NCBI GenBank assembly: GCA_036785375.1
Contig: JAWMAR010000070.1
Span: 3,844,001-3,908,000 of the forward strand
Direction of reading: 5' to 3'
DNA: 64,000 nt
Origin: Leucoraja ocellata
Taxonomy: Eukaryota
Below are positions 13,607 through 26,971 of the stretch, piece after piece (positions within the stretch are counted from its first letter, which is position 1; each line of letters begins with the position of its first letter). The notes below the pieces were generated by a model that made no database searches, had not been told where the DNA came from, and saw nothing but the letters and a program-made list of their open reading frames with translations. The position numbers and the translations under genes are program-made.

Positions 13607-16039
13607 ACCTATTCCTTTTCTCCAGAGATGCTGCTTGTCCAGCTGTTAATCATTCTCTCCAGAGATGTTGCCTGTCCCGCTGAGTTACTCCAGCATTTTG
13701 TGTCTACCTTCGGTGTAAACCAGCATCTGGAGTCCCTTTCAACACATCTTCAGAGCCTACGGTATCTCCATGCTGTATTTCTAGACTAAACTAAACTAAA
13801 AGATTGGTAGAAATGAGCCTAAATCCTAACTACGGCCAACACCAATACATTTTTTTTGTAGAACCGGTGAGCGGACACAATATTGAACAGCATTTGTTGC
13901 TTTTCCTACTTCCCCTTTCCTAGATTCATTTTATTTCCCTGTCTGTCAGCTCGGATAAAATAAGTAACTGTAGCCTGAGCCAAGAACGGAACTTGCGTCC
14001 ACTCCCATCTGTATGACTCAGTGTCACTTGGGAACAAATTAAAACCATACTTTGTGCAAAAATTGGCTGTTTTTTTGGACATCGCTACCTTGCACTTGAT
14101 AACTCATCAGCATTTTTTAAGGAAGTTCAGAGAAATGGAACACATGAACAAAACCGGAATCCATTGCTGTTAATGCTTTACGTTGCTAATCTAAATGAAG
14201 GAAAGAATAAACTAGGAATGACCAACATTTTCACAGTGTTTCATTATCCCAGATCATCCTAAAGCTACCAGCTCATGAATAAACATTTGAATTATTGTCG
14301 TCGTCCTCCGCCCACCCACCCCCATCCCCACCCCCACCATCCCCACCCCCACCCCCACCACCACCACCACTGGCATGGAAAAAGCATGATAGCCTGTTTC
14401 TTTATGAAGGACACAAAGTGTTGGAGCAACTCAGCGAGTCACGCAGCATTTCTGGTGGACATGGGGTAGGTGGCGTTTCAGGGCGGGACTCTTCTTCAGA
14501 CTGAGGAAGGGTCCCGACAGAAAACGTCACCTATCCATGTTCTTCAAATATGTTGCCTGACCCGTTGAGTTACCCCAGCACTTAATGTCCTTTTGTGTAA
14601 ACCATCACCTGCAGTTCCTTGTTTCTAAGATTGCTGATTTGTATTGTCAAACTAAATGCAATGTTCATAGTTCCTTTCAGAGCGTGCGACATTCGGTTAT
14701 CTTATCTTGGTCACATGTTTTTTTTTAATCAACATTTTCCATTATTTACTTTCAGGCACGCATTTATTGCGGAAAACGCAAATGTAATCCTTTTAGGCTA
14801 ATCATGAAATCTGCCTGCTGCCTTCCAAGAATTCTTTCAGAAGACTTTCATAGTTTTCCAAATGTTCTAAATAAGGGTTTAACCTACTTTAAAATATGTG
14901 GTTTCACAATAGCGCAATTGAATGTAAGCTGTTAAATTATCCTTTATCCCTTGTAATTCTTTGGTAAGAAATTTCACTTGAGTGAAGGACATAATTCGTA
15001 GTTTATGTAAGAACACAATATCTTGGTCAGCTTATGCTTCCCAATTACACATGTGCACCTACAAGCCATTGGTAGCACATCTAGGACATAGGAATTTCTG
15101 CAGATACTCAAGTCAAGTCAAATCAAGTCAAGAGAGTTTATTGTCATGTGGCCCAGATAGGACAATGAAGATAGACGCAATGTGCTAGAGTAATAAGTGA
15201 CGTTACGGGTCGGAAACTTTCTTCAGACTCTTAATTTTGAAGACATTAACTTCAGAAGAGTTCTGACCCGAAACGTCACTCATCCTTTTTCTGACCCGCT
15301 GAGTTACTCCAGCACTTTGTGTCTATCTTCGGGACACACCAGCATCTGTACTTCCTTTCTACACATAGGAATCTCTGCACGCAGTTAATAAAGAATGATG
15401 GTTAGAGAAGGATATCCAGTGCACTGAGAAATAAGAGTTCGTTTTGAGAGGAAGGGAATTGAAAGAAAGAAGGCGATGCTAATTACAACCTGCTTGAGTT
15501 TGCATTTGGCATTTTAATTACACGTGCAGACATTGAATGTTTATAATAGAATTCTTGTAAATAAGTGAATTTTAAATTGTGGATTGAATTCTATCTGGAT
15601 TTCCTTTACTCTGAACTGGCATGCCTTGATTGCCAGTGTGTAATCAGAGATCAGCTGGCAAATACAAAAATTATATGTACAGTTGCGAGTATTGCATGAA
15701 TATAATGGTGCAATTTATTGCATTAAATCAAGCGTTGCCAGTGCAGCCGCCAGAGAATGCATTGATGCAGCAGATAAGTATTATTACACGTCTGGGAAAT
15801 GATATAAACAGAATCATATCTATCAATCTCTAGATGATTAGTGAGAGGGTCGTAATAATAAAATCATTCAATTATTATAGCACCGAAGGAGGCCACTTGA
15901 TTCTTCATCCATTCTCCATCTGTTGGAGCAATTCCATTAGTTCCATTTTCCCACAATTATTTAGAGATACAACATGGGAACAGGCCCTTCGGACCATAGT
16001 GTCTACGCTGATCGTCAATCATCTGTTCAATGAGGGCTG

Positions 16040-16430
16040 GTAAACAACATCATACTCCGCTGCATATTGATGGAGCTGCTGTGGAGAGGGTCAGCAGTGT
16101 GAAGTTCTTGGGACATTACCTGGCGGATGACCTGACCTCTACGACCAACACCACAGCAGTGATAAAAAGAGCTCAGCAGCGGCTCCACCCCCTCGGAGAC
16201 TAAGGAAAGCCGGTCTCCCTACTGTTCATCTAAGGACCTTCTACAGGGGCACCATTGAGAGTATATTGACCTACTGGTTTGGGAGCTGCAAGGCTTATGA
16301 GCAAAACCAACTCAGCAGGATCATTGGTGCCCCACTCATTTTCCTGTTGGAGATCTATAAGAAGCGGAGCATCAGCAGAGACATCTCCATTATCAAGGAC
16401 CCCCATCAGCCACCACACCACATCTCCATT
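16040..16430 (+). mobile_element. Rex1/Babar-like LINE fragment running into the gap
   Basis: KRAQQRLHPL.RLRKAGL...FYRGTIESILTYWFGSC. Confidence 0.7.
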
Positions 16431-16630
16431 NNNNNNNNNNNNNNNNNNNNNNNNNNNNNNNNNNNNNNNNNNNNNNNNNNNNNNNNNNNNNNNNNNNNNN
16501 NNNNNNNNNNNNNNNNNNNNNNNNNNNNNNNNNNNNNNNNNNNNNNNNNNNNNNNNNNNNNNNNNNNNNNNNNNNNNNNNNNNNNNNNNNNNNNNNNNNN
16601 NNNNNNNNNNNNNNNNNNNNNNNNNNNNNN
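16431..16630. other. Assembly gap (200 N)
   Basis: Run of N. Confidence 1.
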
Positions 16631-18784
16631 GGTTTCAGGTAGAGACTCTGCATCAGGTTAGGGATCAAGCTTTAGAAGTGTGAATGCAGATGAATAGAAT
16701 GCAGAGACAAAGCTTATTCTTGTGATTTAGGGAAAGTTTAGAAACTTTTTTGTGCTTTAGTGTCCAACAACTGATCATTCTGGTGCAAAGCGCAGAGGCT
16801 GATAACTAACCCAAATTCCAAAGCCCTTGTGTATAACTAAAGATCAACATTAAAAGTAACGCAGAATATTTTTTTCACAATTAAGCATACAATCTTGGTC
16901 AATGGAAGGACTGAATAATTAGCAAATGTTTGTACCTAAACTTCCAGAACACAATCAGAAGATCTCACTTCATTATTGATCTCCTTGACTACTTTCTGTA
17001 CATGGAATTACATTCATCGATCTGTATAAGGCACCTTTTGAAGATATTAATTGAAACTGTTGACTTGATTGTGTCGGTTGCTGTAAATTGAAGACCCAAT
17101 TTTAGCTTGAATAGTCCTTATTTTACCTTGTGTTACAAATTTGTTAAGAATTATAAATGGCATGAAAATTAAGGTTTCACTTGCTGGACTGTTAAAAGAC
17201 GATCAGTTTGTGTCTTTGTTAGTGATGCTTTTGGTGTGCTATTACAATGAGATAGCATGGGTACAATCTAAAATACATACTCCAACTAATTAAAGGTTAC
17301 CAACTCTCTTGTGAAATTATATATAACAATATTTGTGTACCCAAGTACTAAGAATTCGCACTTGTGGTGACAGTTAGCTCTGACTCACCATGTCAGAGTG
17401 GGCTTAGGTGCCCAGGAAATAGTCCTTCGTGATTTTGCATTAACTTCCATATATAACTTCCTACCTCATGTGGCATGCCATTTTCAGTATTTCCCACCAC
17501 CATTATTTATAACCACATATAATTTCATCAACCATCTGCTGGGATGAGTCAAAATTCTGCCCAGTTTTCAAAAGCAACAAATTTCAAAACATGGTCTGGA
17601 CTGGCTCTGCCGCACTGGTACACAACACTGTCTCAACATTGTTTTCCTCCAGTTTCAGCAAGAAACATTTATTTTTAGGTTAGTTATTAATTTTGCAATT
17701 GATTGATCTTTTTAATTGACGACTTGACTTTAATGGAACGGAAATGGGGTCAAAATCAACCATGACCTCAGTAAATGTGCGTACATCAATTCCTTACCCC
17801 TGTTCCTACATCTTCGAGTAAATCACTTTATTTAGCTTTAGCTAGGTCACAGACTGAGTAAGCAAACTTGCAGTTTAACTCTAAAAAGTGTTCAATTCAT
17901 GCCCTCCAAATGGATGGCACAGTGGCACAACTGGTAGACCTGCACCTCACAATGCCAGAGATCTTGACATCTGGTGATGTCTTTGTGGAGTTTGCACATT
18001 CTCCTTGTGACTGTGTAGGCTCTGGTTGATCCTGATCTCAGGTGCTGTCTGCATGGAGTTATGTGCTGTCTGTGTGGAGTTTGCTTGTTCTCCCTGTGAC
18101 TGCAGGTTTTCTCTGGCGGATCCTGATCTCAGGTGCTGTCTATGTGGTGACCATGTGGGTTTCCTCTGGCTGAATTCACATCATCTTTGCAAACTGGATG
18201 CAACAGTGATTCCCAACACAAGCTTGAATACTTCTCTCCTTCCTGAGAAAACAAAATAGCAAATAATTCTATGCTCAGCTTTAAATCAGTTCTGATCTAT
18301 TCCATGTAGCTTTTATTTTGACTGTCTTTCATCTGGCACTTTGCCAAATCTCCTTGGCATTCTCAGTATATAACAAACACATTACCATCTTGCACTCAAG
18401 CTAAAGTTTTCACACTGAAAAGCACAAAGCATATTCACTGTTTGTGTGAAAAACTATATCTAATTATCTGAGGGTTTTTTTTAACATTGTCGTCGTACTT
18501 CTTTTATTTGACTGGATGGAGATGTCTACTCTCGATCTCAATCATGGAGATGTAGATGTCAATGGCCAGGGGAGTATTCAATACTGTCAATAATTGCTCA
18601 TTAGAAATGGTGAGTCAACTGTAAGCGGTATTCTAAAAGGGATTTAGCAAAAGCACTTCAAAGACCAGTGCTGCAAGTACGATAGTCCTGGTGTTTCCAG
18701 GAATTTGCCCCATTGACAATGAAGGCAGTGACTTGAAAGGGAACATGGAGCTGATGCCTTAACCAGATGCCCGCTGCCCTTAAC

Positions 18785-19092
18785 TTTTAGTTCTCGTTTC
18801 AGTTTTAGAGATACAGTGCCCTTCGGCCCACCCAGTCTACACCGACCAGCGATTCCCGTACATTAACACTGTTCTACACACTCTAGGGTCAATTAATATT
18901 TTTACCAAGCCAATTAACCAACAAACCTGTGCGTCTTTTGAGTGTGGGAGGAAACCAAAGTTCTCGGAGAAAACCCACGCAATTCACTGGTAGAACGTAC
19001 AAACTCCGTACAGACCGCACCCGTAGTCAGGATCAAATCCGGGTCTCCAGCGCTCAGCGCTGTAAGGCAGCAGCTCTACCGCTGCGCCACCA
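18785..19092 (-). mobile_element. tRNA-derived SINE (HE1/V-SINE-like); further copies at about 33670-34000, 44340-44595, 52130-52450 and 54460-54720
   Basis: tRNA-like head ggtggcgcagcggtagag..., V-SINE-like core ggagtttgtacgttct..., (aaact)n-type tail in several copies. Confidence 0.7.
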
Positions 19093-20919
19093 TTGTCTTT
19101 GTCATCGGCACCTTGCCACCATTATCATTCTATAACCAGTAGAGGCAGCAGATTTAGAATCATAGTTACACAGCATGGAAACAAGACCTTCAACCCAACT
19201 GACCAAGATGTCTATCTCAGCTAGTCCCATTTACCTGCGTTTTGCCTTTAAATTTTATCTATTCATGTTCCTGTTCAAATGTCCTTAAACATTGCAATTG
19301 TAACAATCATTACAGCTTCCTCTGGCTGTTCATTAATGTATCCACCTTCCTCAGAGTGTAAAAGGTTGTCCCTCAGGTCCTTTCTAAATCTTTCCCCTCT
19401 CTATACTACAATCTCACAAAACAGTATGATAAAATCACTTTAACTCGGCCCTTCATGATTTAAAAGGAGGGGTTGCTAAATATATTTTATTGGTTTACTG
19501 CAACGCCTTTTGTAGATAATGTATTCTATAGCCTTAGAGTATTGGCAATGGGGCGAATGAATGTCGAAAATAATGTTTTCGCTTATTTTGAAGTGGGTTG
19601 TTTTATCCTCAAGACTACCTGAATAGCAGAGTCGTTTTGATACTTGCAATTCTATGAAATTGTGTAGGATAAATGGCATAGACAAGACTAGTAAGTCCAC
19701 CAGACCATGGCAGCGTAACACACTATATTAATGAACCTGGACATGGCAGGTGGTATACAGTGTGGAAAAATTTGACATTGGCAGGAAAAATATTTGCTTT
19801 TTGTTTTAATAGTGAGGGGGCAAAAAAGTGTTTATTTCTTCAGGACTCTGGGTGACCCTCTACACAAATCATACAATTAATGTGCAGGTATAGGGAGCAG
19901 GAAGAGAGGGGGGCGGAACAAAGCCTGACAGGTTGTAGGTGTAGCAGTGATGGTAGGTTCAGCAAGTGTAAGCGCTGTGCGAAAATTCACTCCTTCACTG
20001 TAAGTTCCGAGTGGTGGTTCATGTGGCTTGTAAAAATGCTGAGGCATTGTTAACAGTATCGTGGTGTACTTTACAGCCGGCAGTGGCATCTGCGGTCAGT
20101 GCATTTATATTTCCCTGGGTCTTGCAGCAATCAAAAAGTTCTTCTATGTGTACAGAAAGGCCGTTTTTGATCGGATTACATAGCTTGAAGAAATATTACA
20201 CCTTGTTGCTTATTAGTATAAATGGGATTTGTAATACAGATTATACAGACGTCTGTAATCTCCAAATACCTTCACTTTAGTGTCATGGTTACCTGGAAAA
20301 TATTACTAAAGCAACATTGGCTTCGGAATTTTTAATGTATATCACATTATTTTTACCTGCAATGTGTACGATGGAACTATTGTAAGGAGCTAGCTGATCG
20401 CCACATACTCATTGGGCTAAAGGGCCTGTTTCCAGACTGTATCTCTAAGGTCTAAAGTCTTGAGAAGATTCCTAGATCGGAGGATACAGTAATAAGCAAA
20501 GATTCAGCGAGGTTTCAACCATTTGTCTGAAAACAGCCGTGAATATTGTTTCTGATGGATTTGCTGCATAGACTGAGCAACTGGGTCATTTGGGCCATCC
20601 TTTTATTTTTATTGAAAAGAAGATAAAAATTAATGTGTAACCAAATTTGTTGCAAATATCGGTGATAATTGTTATTGTAATCAGGCTCAAGTGCATTAAA
20701 CCAACCTAACTGCAACATCATAATTTATTGGTTGATTAACTCCATCTATTGAATGTTGTGAGGATTACATTCAAATACATTTCAAACTCAATGATTCTTC
20801 ATCTTCCAGGTGCTTTTGAAAGATATTGAATATTTTTCTCTTTTCTTTAAATATTTGATTTAGATTAGATTCAGTGCAGGAGTAAAATATATCAGTGCGT
20901 GTCTGATTTTTCTCCATGG

Positions 20920-21070
20920 AACCTGTGTCTTTTCCAGTGTCTGGATTTCTGTCACCACCAACTCTCTCATCTTGGGGGTTCCATCATTGTCCTGTGAATC
21001 TATCCTCCCACTCTATATATATATATATGCCATGAAAACACTCTCTCTAATTCAGTCTAGATTGGATCTA
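20920..21070 (+). pseudogene. Decayed C2-type Ig exon of the receptor family, inverted (truncated copy 1)
   Basis: Reads EPVSFPVSGFLSP.../HLGGSII/SCES/ILPLY...HENT...RLDL across frameshifts, compared with intact EPVSVPVLGFLSPANVSCLGGSVTVSCES; acceptor AG lost; (TA)n inside. Confidence 0.65.
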
Positions 21071-21111
21071 GTGAATAAATAAGAGTTAATGTTTGATCCT
21101 TCTCTCTCGAA

Positions 21112-21392
21112 AACCTGTGTCCATCCCGGTGCCTGGATTTCTTTCATCACAGATCTCACTTATCTTCAATGTTCCATGACTCTTCTGGTGCTCTTGCCGT
21201 TCTATCTATCTATATATATATATATATATATATATGGCAATAATTTCTGACAATGAATTAACATCATCAGTCATTCAAGCAACATGGCAATCAGCCTCAA
21301 ATAAACTAGGACGTACATCAAATGAAGTATGGGTGTGTCAATCTTCAACAGAGCAAGGAACTGTGGTTCTCTGGTACAATTCATCGGCTTTG
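21112..21392 (+). pseudogene. Decayed C2-type Ig exon of the receptor family, inverted (copy 2)
   Basis: EPVSIPVPGFLSS...IISDNELT...ASNKLGRTSNEVWV...G|gtaagt parallels the intact C2 exons from start to donor; deletions, a (TA)n expansion and a lost acceptor. Confidence 0.7.
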
Positions 21393-21419
21393 GTAAGTTT
21401 TACTTCATAAGTTGATGAT

Positions 21420-22025
21420 CATAAGTTGTAGGAGCAGGTTAGGCCATTCGACCCATCAAGTCTACTCTGCCATTCAATCTTGGCTGATCTATCTTTCCCT
21501 CTCAACTCCATTCTCCTATGTTCTCCCCATAACCCCTGACACCCGTAGGCCCCTGTCCCACTTAGGAAACCTGAACGGAAACCTCTGGAGACTTTGCGCC
21601 CCACCCAAGGTTTCCGTGCGGTTCCCGGAGGTCGCAGGTGGTTGCCGGAGGTTGCAGGTAGTGGAAGCAGGTAGGGAGACAGATAAAAACCTCCGGGAAC
21701 TGCACGGAAACCTTGGGTGGGGCGCAAAGTCTCCAGAGGTTTCCGTTCAGGTTTCCTTAAAGTGGGACAGGGGCACTACTAATTAAGAACCTGTCAATCT
21801 ATGCCTTTAAAATATCAATTCACCTGGCCCCCACAACCATCTGTGGCAATTAATCCCACAACTACACCAACCTCTGACTAAAGAAATTCCTCTTCATATC
21901 CTTTCTAAAGGTACGTCCTTTTATTCTGAGGCTATGGCCTCTGGTCCGAGAATCTCCCACTAGTGGAAACATCCTCTCCATATTCACTTTATCCAGGCCT
22001 TTCAGTATTCGGTAAGTTTCATGGA
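21420..22025 (-). mobile_element. CR1 LINE 3' fragment interrupted by a MITE
   Basis: ETYRILKGLDKVNMERMFPLVGDSRTRGHSLRIKG. Confidence 0.75.
21548..21776. mobile_element. Palindromic MITE (Harbinger-like termini)
   Basis: Long near-perfect inverted arms starting GCCCCTGTCCCACT and ending AGTGGGACAGGGGC, inserted within the CR1 sequence acccgta|ctaat. Confidence 0.75.
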
Positions 22026-23569
22026 GGAAATTTGATAACAAATAATATGGTCCGTATATTTTCGACACCATTCATCTCTTTTTGTGAACCTGCCTGGGCT
22101 GTGCAATAACCACTCCCGACTCCTAGAAGGTGAGATGTAAAACTCATTTTAGGCTCACACAAAATGCTGGAGAAACTCAGCGGGTGAGACAGCAGCTATG
22201 GTTTAGTTTGTGGATGTTTAGTTTTAGGTTGTTAGTTCTGACGAACAAAATTTGAGCAATTGACCAATACTGAGCGGTTGACCTGGTCTCTGCTACGTAA
22301 ACAATATGGATTCGGTTGCTTCTCATTTGTGCCCTGCCCGGTGAGTGAAAGCCGGACCTAATCGTTCTGATAATCAGTTTGAGACTCGAATATTGTTTTC
22401 ACAGCAGAAATTGTTAGATATGTGTGGATGCAAGGAACGGCAGATGCAGGGGTTTCAAAAGAAAAACACAAAGTGCTGGAGTAACAAAAGAGGGTCAAGT
22501 AACATCTATGTACAATAGGGATATGTAACATTTTGGTTCGGGATGCTGCTACAATGCGTGGACGTGTAAAGGCAGAACATCAAACTCAGGTGCATTATGG
22601 CGTAGTCTTCTCATGTCTCTTTGATCTGCACCATTCTGCTAGATAAATAATCGCCAGCACGTCTGAGATTCCATCATAAATTATGGATATTTAAATAGGC
22701 TCCGAACTATACAGACTCGAGGGCGATATTTGTGACTTTGCAATATTATTGTTTGTTGATTTGTCTGTTTGTGTTTTTATAAATATACTGGACTTTTTGT
22801 TGTTGTTTATTATGCGTTTTACAGAACACTGTGTTTTACAGCGTACTGTAAAATATTAAGTAAGAATATAATTGTGAGGTTTCAAAACATATGACAATAA
22901 AATACTCTTGACTGTTGACTTGATTCATACGCCAGTGGCATACATCCAAGGCGAAAATTGTCTTCCTAAAAAGGAGTTTTTGCAATGTTCTCCAGATTTC
23001 ACTGAAGGCAGCGGTGGAACTAATCGCTCAAATATTTTTTTTCTCTAGTTCTTAATTGTTCTTAATTGTTATGTTCTTTAACATACAGTCGATGAAATGT
23101 TTTATGATCTTATTCCCTTCACCATCTTTGTCTCTAACTGTGAACTCTGGTCTAGGGTTCAAGTTCCTGTTCGGGCTTTCACTTTTACACAAGGCTTTGT
23201 TATAGACACGTTTTGAATAGGGATAGACCGCATGGTTTCCTACGTAGGATATCATGTCTGGAGTATCTCAGTGAGTCATGCAGCATCTCTGGAGGTCATG
23301 GACAGGCATTTTCCCGGCTGGGACCCTTCTTCAAACTGATGGTGAGTGGAAGGATGCTGGAAGAGAGGGGTGGCAAGACAAAGCCTGGCAAGTAGTAGGT
23401 GGATAGAGGTGAGGGGTGGGGGAAATGAATAAGGGGTATGAATTAGAGATTTGGACAGGTAGCCACCCAGCCACGGCCGCCGGTCAACAAATTGCCGTCT
23501 GGAATTTGTCCCTTATTTGGGAGTGAGAAAGGTGGCAACCCTAGTTGCGCCGAAATATCTTATTGCTAT

Positions 23570-24860
23570 AGGATCTTTGGTTGCGCCTCTGTGGCAGTGT
23601 TATGCATCACGAGGTATGGGTGTGGCACACCGATGTGTCTGCCACGGATGTAATCTGAGCGTTGGCGATTCTCGGTAAAGGATCTTTGCTGAGAAGCTAT
23701 TTCCTATTTACTTGCTCAGCGTTGCAGTGTGGAACCGATGGGCGCTACAAAACAACATATTTTCAGCATTTTGACCCATGATTTCGCGAAACACCATTCC
23801 AACGAACTGCTCACAGGATGCGGTCCAGAGATACGAATGTACACACCCTCGTTTCAACAGCTCGATCAAAGTGTCAGCACTGCAGAACTATTCAGTGTAA
23901 ATAAATAAATAACTGTTTGAACATATTAGATTAAAGTACATTCCAAGCCAGTACCCACCTCTAAAAACAACTTTGGTGTCTGAAGAATGGTCTCGACCCG
24001 AAACCTCGCCCATTATTTCTCTCCAGGGTTACTGCCCGGTCCGCCGAGTTTCTCCAGCGTTTTGTGTCTGTTTCTCTGTGGCATCTCAGACCGTTTATCT
24101 CTCACTATCTGTGAGGCACTGTGGGATGTCTTGCAGTGGGGAAAGGCTCTATTTCAAGATCATTCCTCCCATTAGACCATTAATAAGCTCGCGTTGAACA
24201 GGCCAGGCAGCATCAGTGTGACCACAGACTCTGCAAGTATCTCTGGCTATTCAGCACCCCTCGGATATCCCTGACCTGGGAGTTTGTAAGTTCAAAGCAA
24301 AGATTCTATAGCAAGCTGTGGACCCGATATATGATCTTTGGTTCAAAGCAGCCCCTGGTCTCATTTCCTCGTGTCCCCGTTTATTGTGTGAAGAACATTG
24401 GCCATTCTCTGTGAGGCTTTTACCCGAAACTTTATTTGACTCTTTCCTAACTTTATAGTCGTGACTCCGTTATTGCAGGTCACCATTTCCAAATGTTCAA
24501 ATAACATCCTTCACAGTTCTTCATTGGGCGGGGTTACAGTCACAAGTCAGACTGAGGAAAGCAACACAATGTATTTGCAGTTTCACACCCCGCGCTTTGC
24601 AAGCTGCAACTCAGCCATTTTGTTCTGCACAAGAAGACTTGCACTATTTATAGACCTTTGCACGGTGGACAAATTGAATTTGAGCTTGTTTCTGCATTAA
24701 AATGTTTTTCTATATTACTGAACTCAAAGGACGCGAACGTGGGCATATATACAACTAGTGTGAAAGAGTTGATTGCTGGTTGATGTGGACTCGTTGGGCC
24801 GAATGGTCTGTATCCATGCTGCATGTTTCAAGCACTCAATCAAAATAAAGTTATATTTCA
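23570..24860. repeat. Intergenic block of the segmental duplication, copy 1 (copies at about 32690-34210 and 40820-41700)
   Basis: Shared unique sequences, e.g. caaagtgtcagcactgcagaa, ggcatctcagaccgttta and tctctggctattcagcacccctcggatatccctgacctggg, in all three. Confidence 0.9.
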
Positions 24861-25130
24861 GGAAATGATATCTGCGGATGTTGGATGCGCTCAGCGTGTC
24901 AGGCAGTATCTGTGGATATTTAAATAACGCTAATATTCAGAAAAATGTTGTTGCCTCATTTTGTTCTCATGGGATAGCATGGTTTGAAATATTAATTGAT
25001 TGCCTTTCCTTAACGTCCCGAACCATTGGCTACAGGTGGAATATCAGCACTCTGAATGCAATCGGTTCCACATCACTAAAGTTTCAGTCAAAATAAAACA
25101 AATGAGACAAACTTTCATTGACAGCAACAG

Positions 25131-25136
25131 TTTATT
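25131..25136 (-). promoter_or_regulatory. Polyadenylation signal of receptor A (paralogous site 35229-35234 for B)
   Basis: AATAAA about 300 nt after the stop, conserved in both duplicated 3' ends. Confidence 0.55.
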
Positions 25137-25434
25137 ATGAAGCATTCATATCATCTGCATTATTATTCATTTAATTGAAAAAAAAAACTATTCCAGTAAA
25201 TTGAATGCACTGAACAGAGTTTAACAGGGTTAGTTAACTCGAGCAGTTGGAAACTATGCTACGGTTAGGTAATTGCACTAACTTGACGATAGAAACTTTG
25301 GGGGAGGTGAGGAAAAATAAGATCAGAGCGGGGACCGGGTTCTGGAAACAGACCTGGTCTTGACTTCTGGCAACCTTGCTTTGAAGTCACTTTCATGAAA
25401 TCAATGGTTTATTGACAAGAGACATATATTCTGA

Positions 25435-25569
25435 TCAATTGATACCAATTGACAAAGCTGGGTGATATATATTTGATTGCTGTGCAGAATTCCTTCGATG
25501 TTGGTGCAAGCTAGGAGTCTCCATTGTAATTGGTGGACCGTGTGTCGAGGTTCTGAATTCATCGCGTTT
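25435..25569 (-). CDS. Receptor A exon 6: cytoplasmic tail (no ITIM)
   Basis: Acceptor ctgatgacttcacattgtcttttgcag (conserved in copy B), phase 0 matching the TM donor; KRDEFRTSTHGPP...LSIGIN*. Confidence 0.6.
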   Translation of the reverse strand, partial: KRDEFRTSTHGPPITMETPSLHQHRRNSAQQSNIYHPALSIGIN

Positions 25570-26227
25570 CTGCAAAAGACAATGTGAAGTCATCAGACTA
25601 ATTGACGCTGGGAACCAAAGATCCACAGGGCCTTTGATGGGAGCCACGGTTTGTTTCACCTGACCGCTCGCAACACAATGCTGCCTGGAAGATCGATCCC
25701 AGACAACCCACCTCAAGCACAGAAATCCACCCTGAAGGCATACAACCTGACAAAACCGTGTGATATAATCTGTAGAGAGCTTTGGTTTGACTTCAGCATA
25801 TGAAAATGAGCACTGTTCTTGTTTGTGTCATTGGACAGGGTAATTGAAATCATCAATTAATTAAACCGTTTTCCGATACATTCGGCGGCGAGGAGCAATC
25901 TCTTTGGTCAGAGTGTGGCGATTCTGTGGAATTCATTGCCACAGAAGGCCGAGGAGGCCAAGTCAATTATCTCCAGAAATGCTGCTTGTCCCCCTGAGTC
26001 ACTCCAGCATTTTGTTTCTGTCCAAGTCAATGGATATTTTTAAGGCAGAGATTGAGATTCTTTTCATAAGTACGGGTGTCTGGGGTTATGAGGTAAGGGC
26101 AGGAGAACGGGATTGAGATGGAAAGGTAGATCAGCCGTGATTGAATGGCGCATTAGACTTGATGGGCTGAATGGCCTAATTCTGCTCTGATAATTTATGA
26201 ATCCGAATATCTGACAATAAAACCTAC

Positions 26228-26318
26228 CTCAGTGCCGCCTGTGAACAACGCGATTGAGATCCTCCAGATCACAAGCAGGAGAAAGAGCATCCAGCGCCCC
26301 ACTTTCCATGAGATGTAA
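26228..26318 (-). CDS. Receptor A exon 5: transmembrane segment with basic residues (activating type)
   Basis: cttgccctttgcccag|...GAG|gtaggt; YISWKVGRWMLFLLLVIWRISIALFTGGTE; phase 2 to 0. Confidence 0.8.
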
Positions 26319-26806
26319 CTGGGCAAAGGGCAAGAAAAACAGAATCACTGTGAGGAAACGAGACGGTTTATCTTTGAAACATTTACCTGCTATTTACGTC
26401 CTAACCTTAGTGGAGTGAAGCGGGGCGAAACAGCAGAGCCAATGGAGATCAGCTGTGAGTAAGAACTGAGTTGGACTGAGAGGGGGGGGGGGGGGGGGGG
26501 CGAAGACAATTTATGATCACCGATCTAATTACTGCGGGACTGGGAATGAAACACTACAGGGTTATATGGATTCAGAAAAACACAGAGAAACCATACATGA
26601 GGGCGTGGGCGTGAAACCAATGAATACAGTGTAATTCCTTGGGAGAAAGAAGGCGCAGCGGAAAGGAAGAGTATAATAAAATCCACATGGGTGGACATGA
26701 ACATTAACGATGACTAATGGTGGAGGGGAGGCAAGGCAGGAAATGCAAAGAGATCAGGCCAATTAATAAAATGATTTAAACATAATAACGCTTGATCTCA
26801 TATTAC

Positions 26807-26870
26807 TCGATATTACTTGGATTGACGCGGTAGATGTTTGGATGGGGGAATCGAGTTCGGGTTGATGATC
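26807..26870 (-). CDS. Receptor A exon 4: stalk (tentative; donor at 26816 or 26806)
   Basis: Homologous to 37438-37503. Only the distal GTAATA donor (64-nt exon) joins the phase-1 C2 exon to the phase-2 TM exon in frame. Confidence 0.4.
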
Positions 26871-26971
26871 CTATGGCGCCCACACACATGAGGGAACCTC
26901 CAGTAACAGAACTTCCAGCCGGTTGACCACCACAATGACCACCCTGAACTATCAAACCCTCCATCACTTAC

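Larger units (their letters stand above)
11300..15365. repeat. Dense cluster of Penelope-derived repeats in both orientations upstream of the GNAI promoter
   Basis: More than ten partial or inverted copies of the same ~150-nt unit, several with CTGAAGAAGGG-loop-CCCGAAACGT. Confidence 0.8.

Noticed and set aside
14295-14372. Poly-Pro/His ORF
   Set aside because: Low-complexity (CAC/CCC) microsatellite
19990-20292. Possible decayed Ig exon on the minus strand (LSVHIEEL, DPGKYKC in different frames)
   Set aside because: Motif spacing does not fit an Ig domain and there are many stops; cannot be supported without alignment
26385-26452. Candidate extra exon upstream of the receptor A TM exon
   Set aside because: It contains a stop or has the wrong phase, and the acceptor is not conserved in copy B
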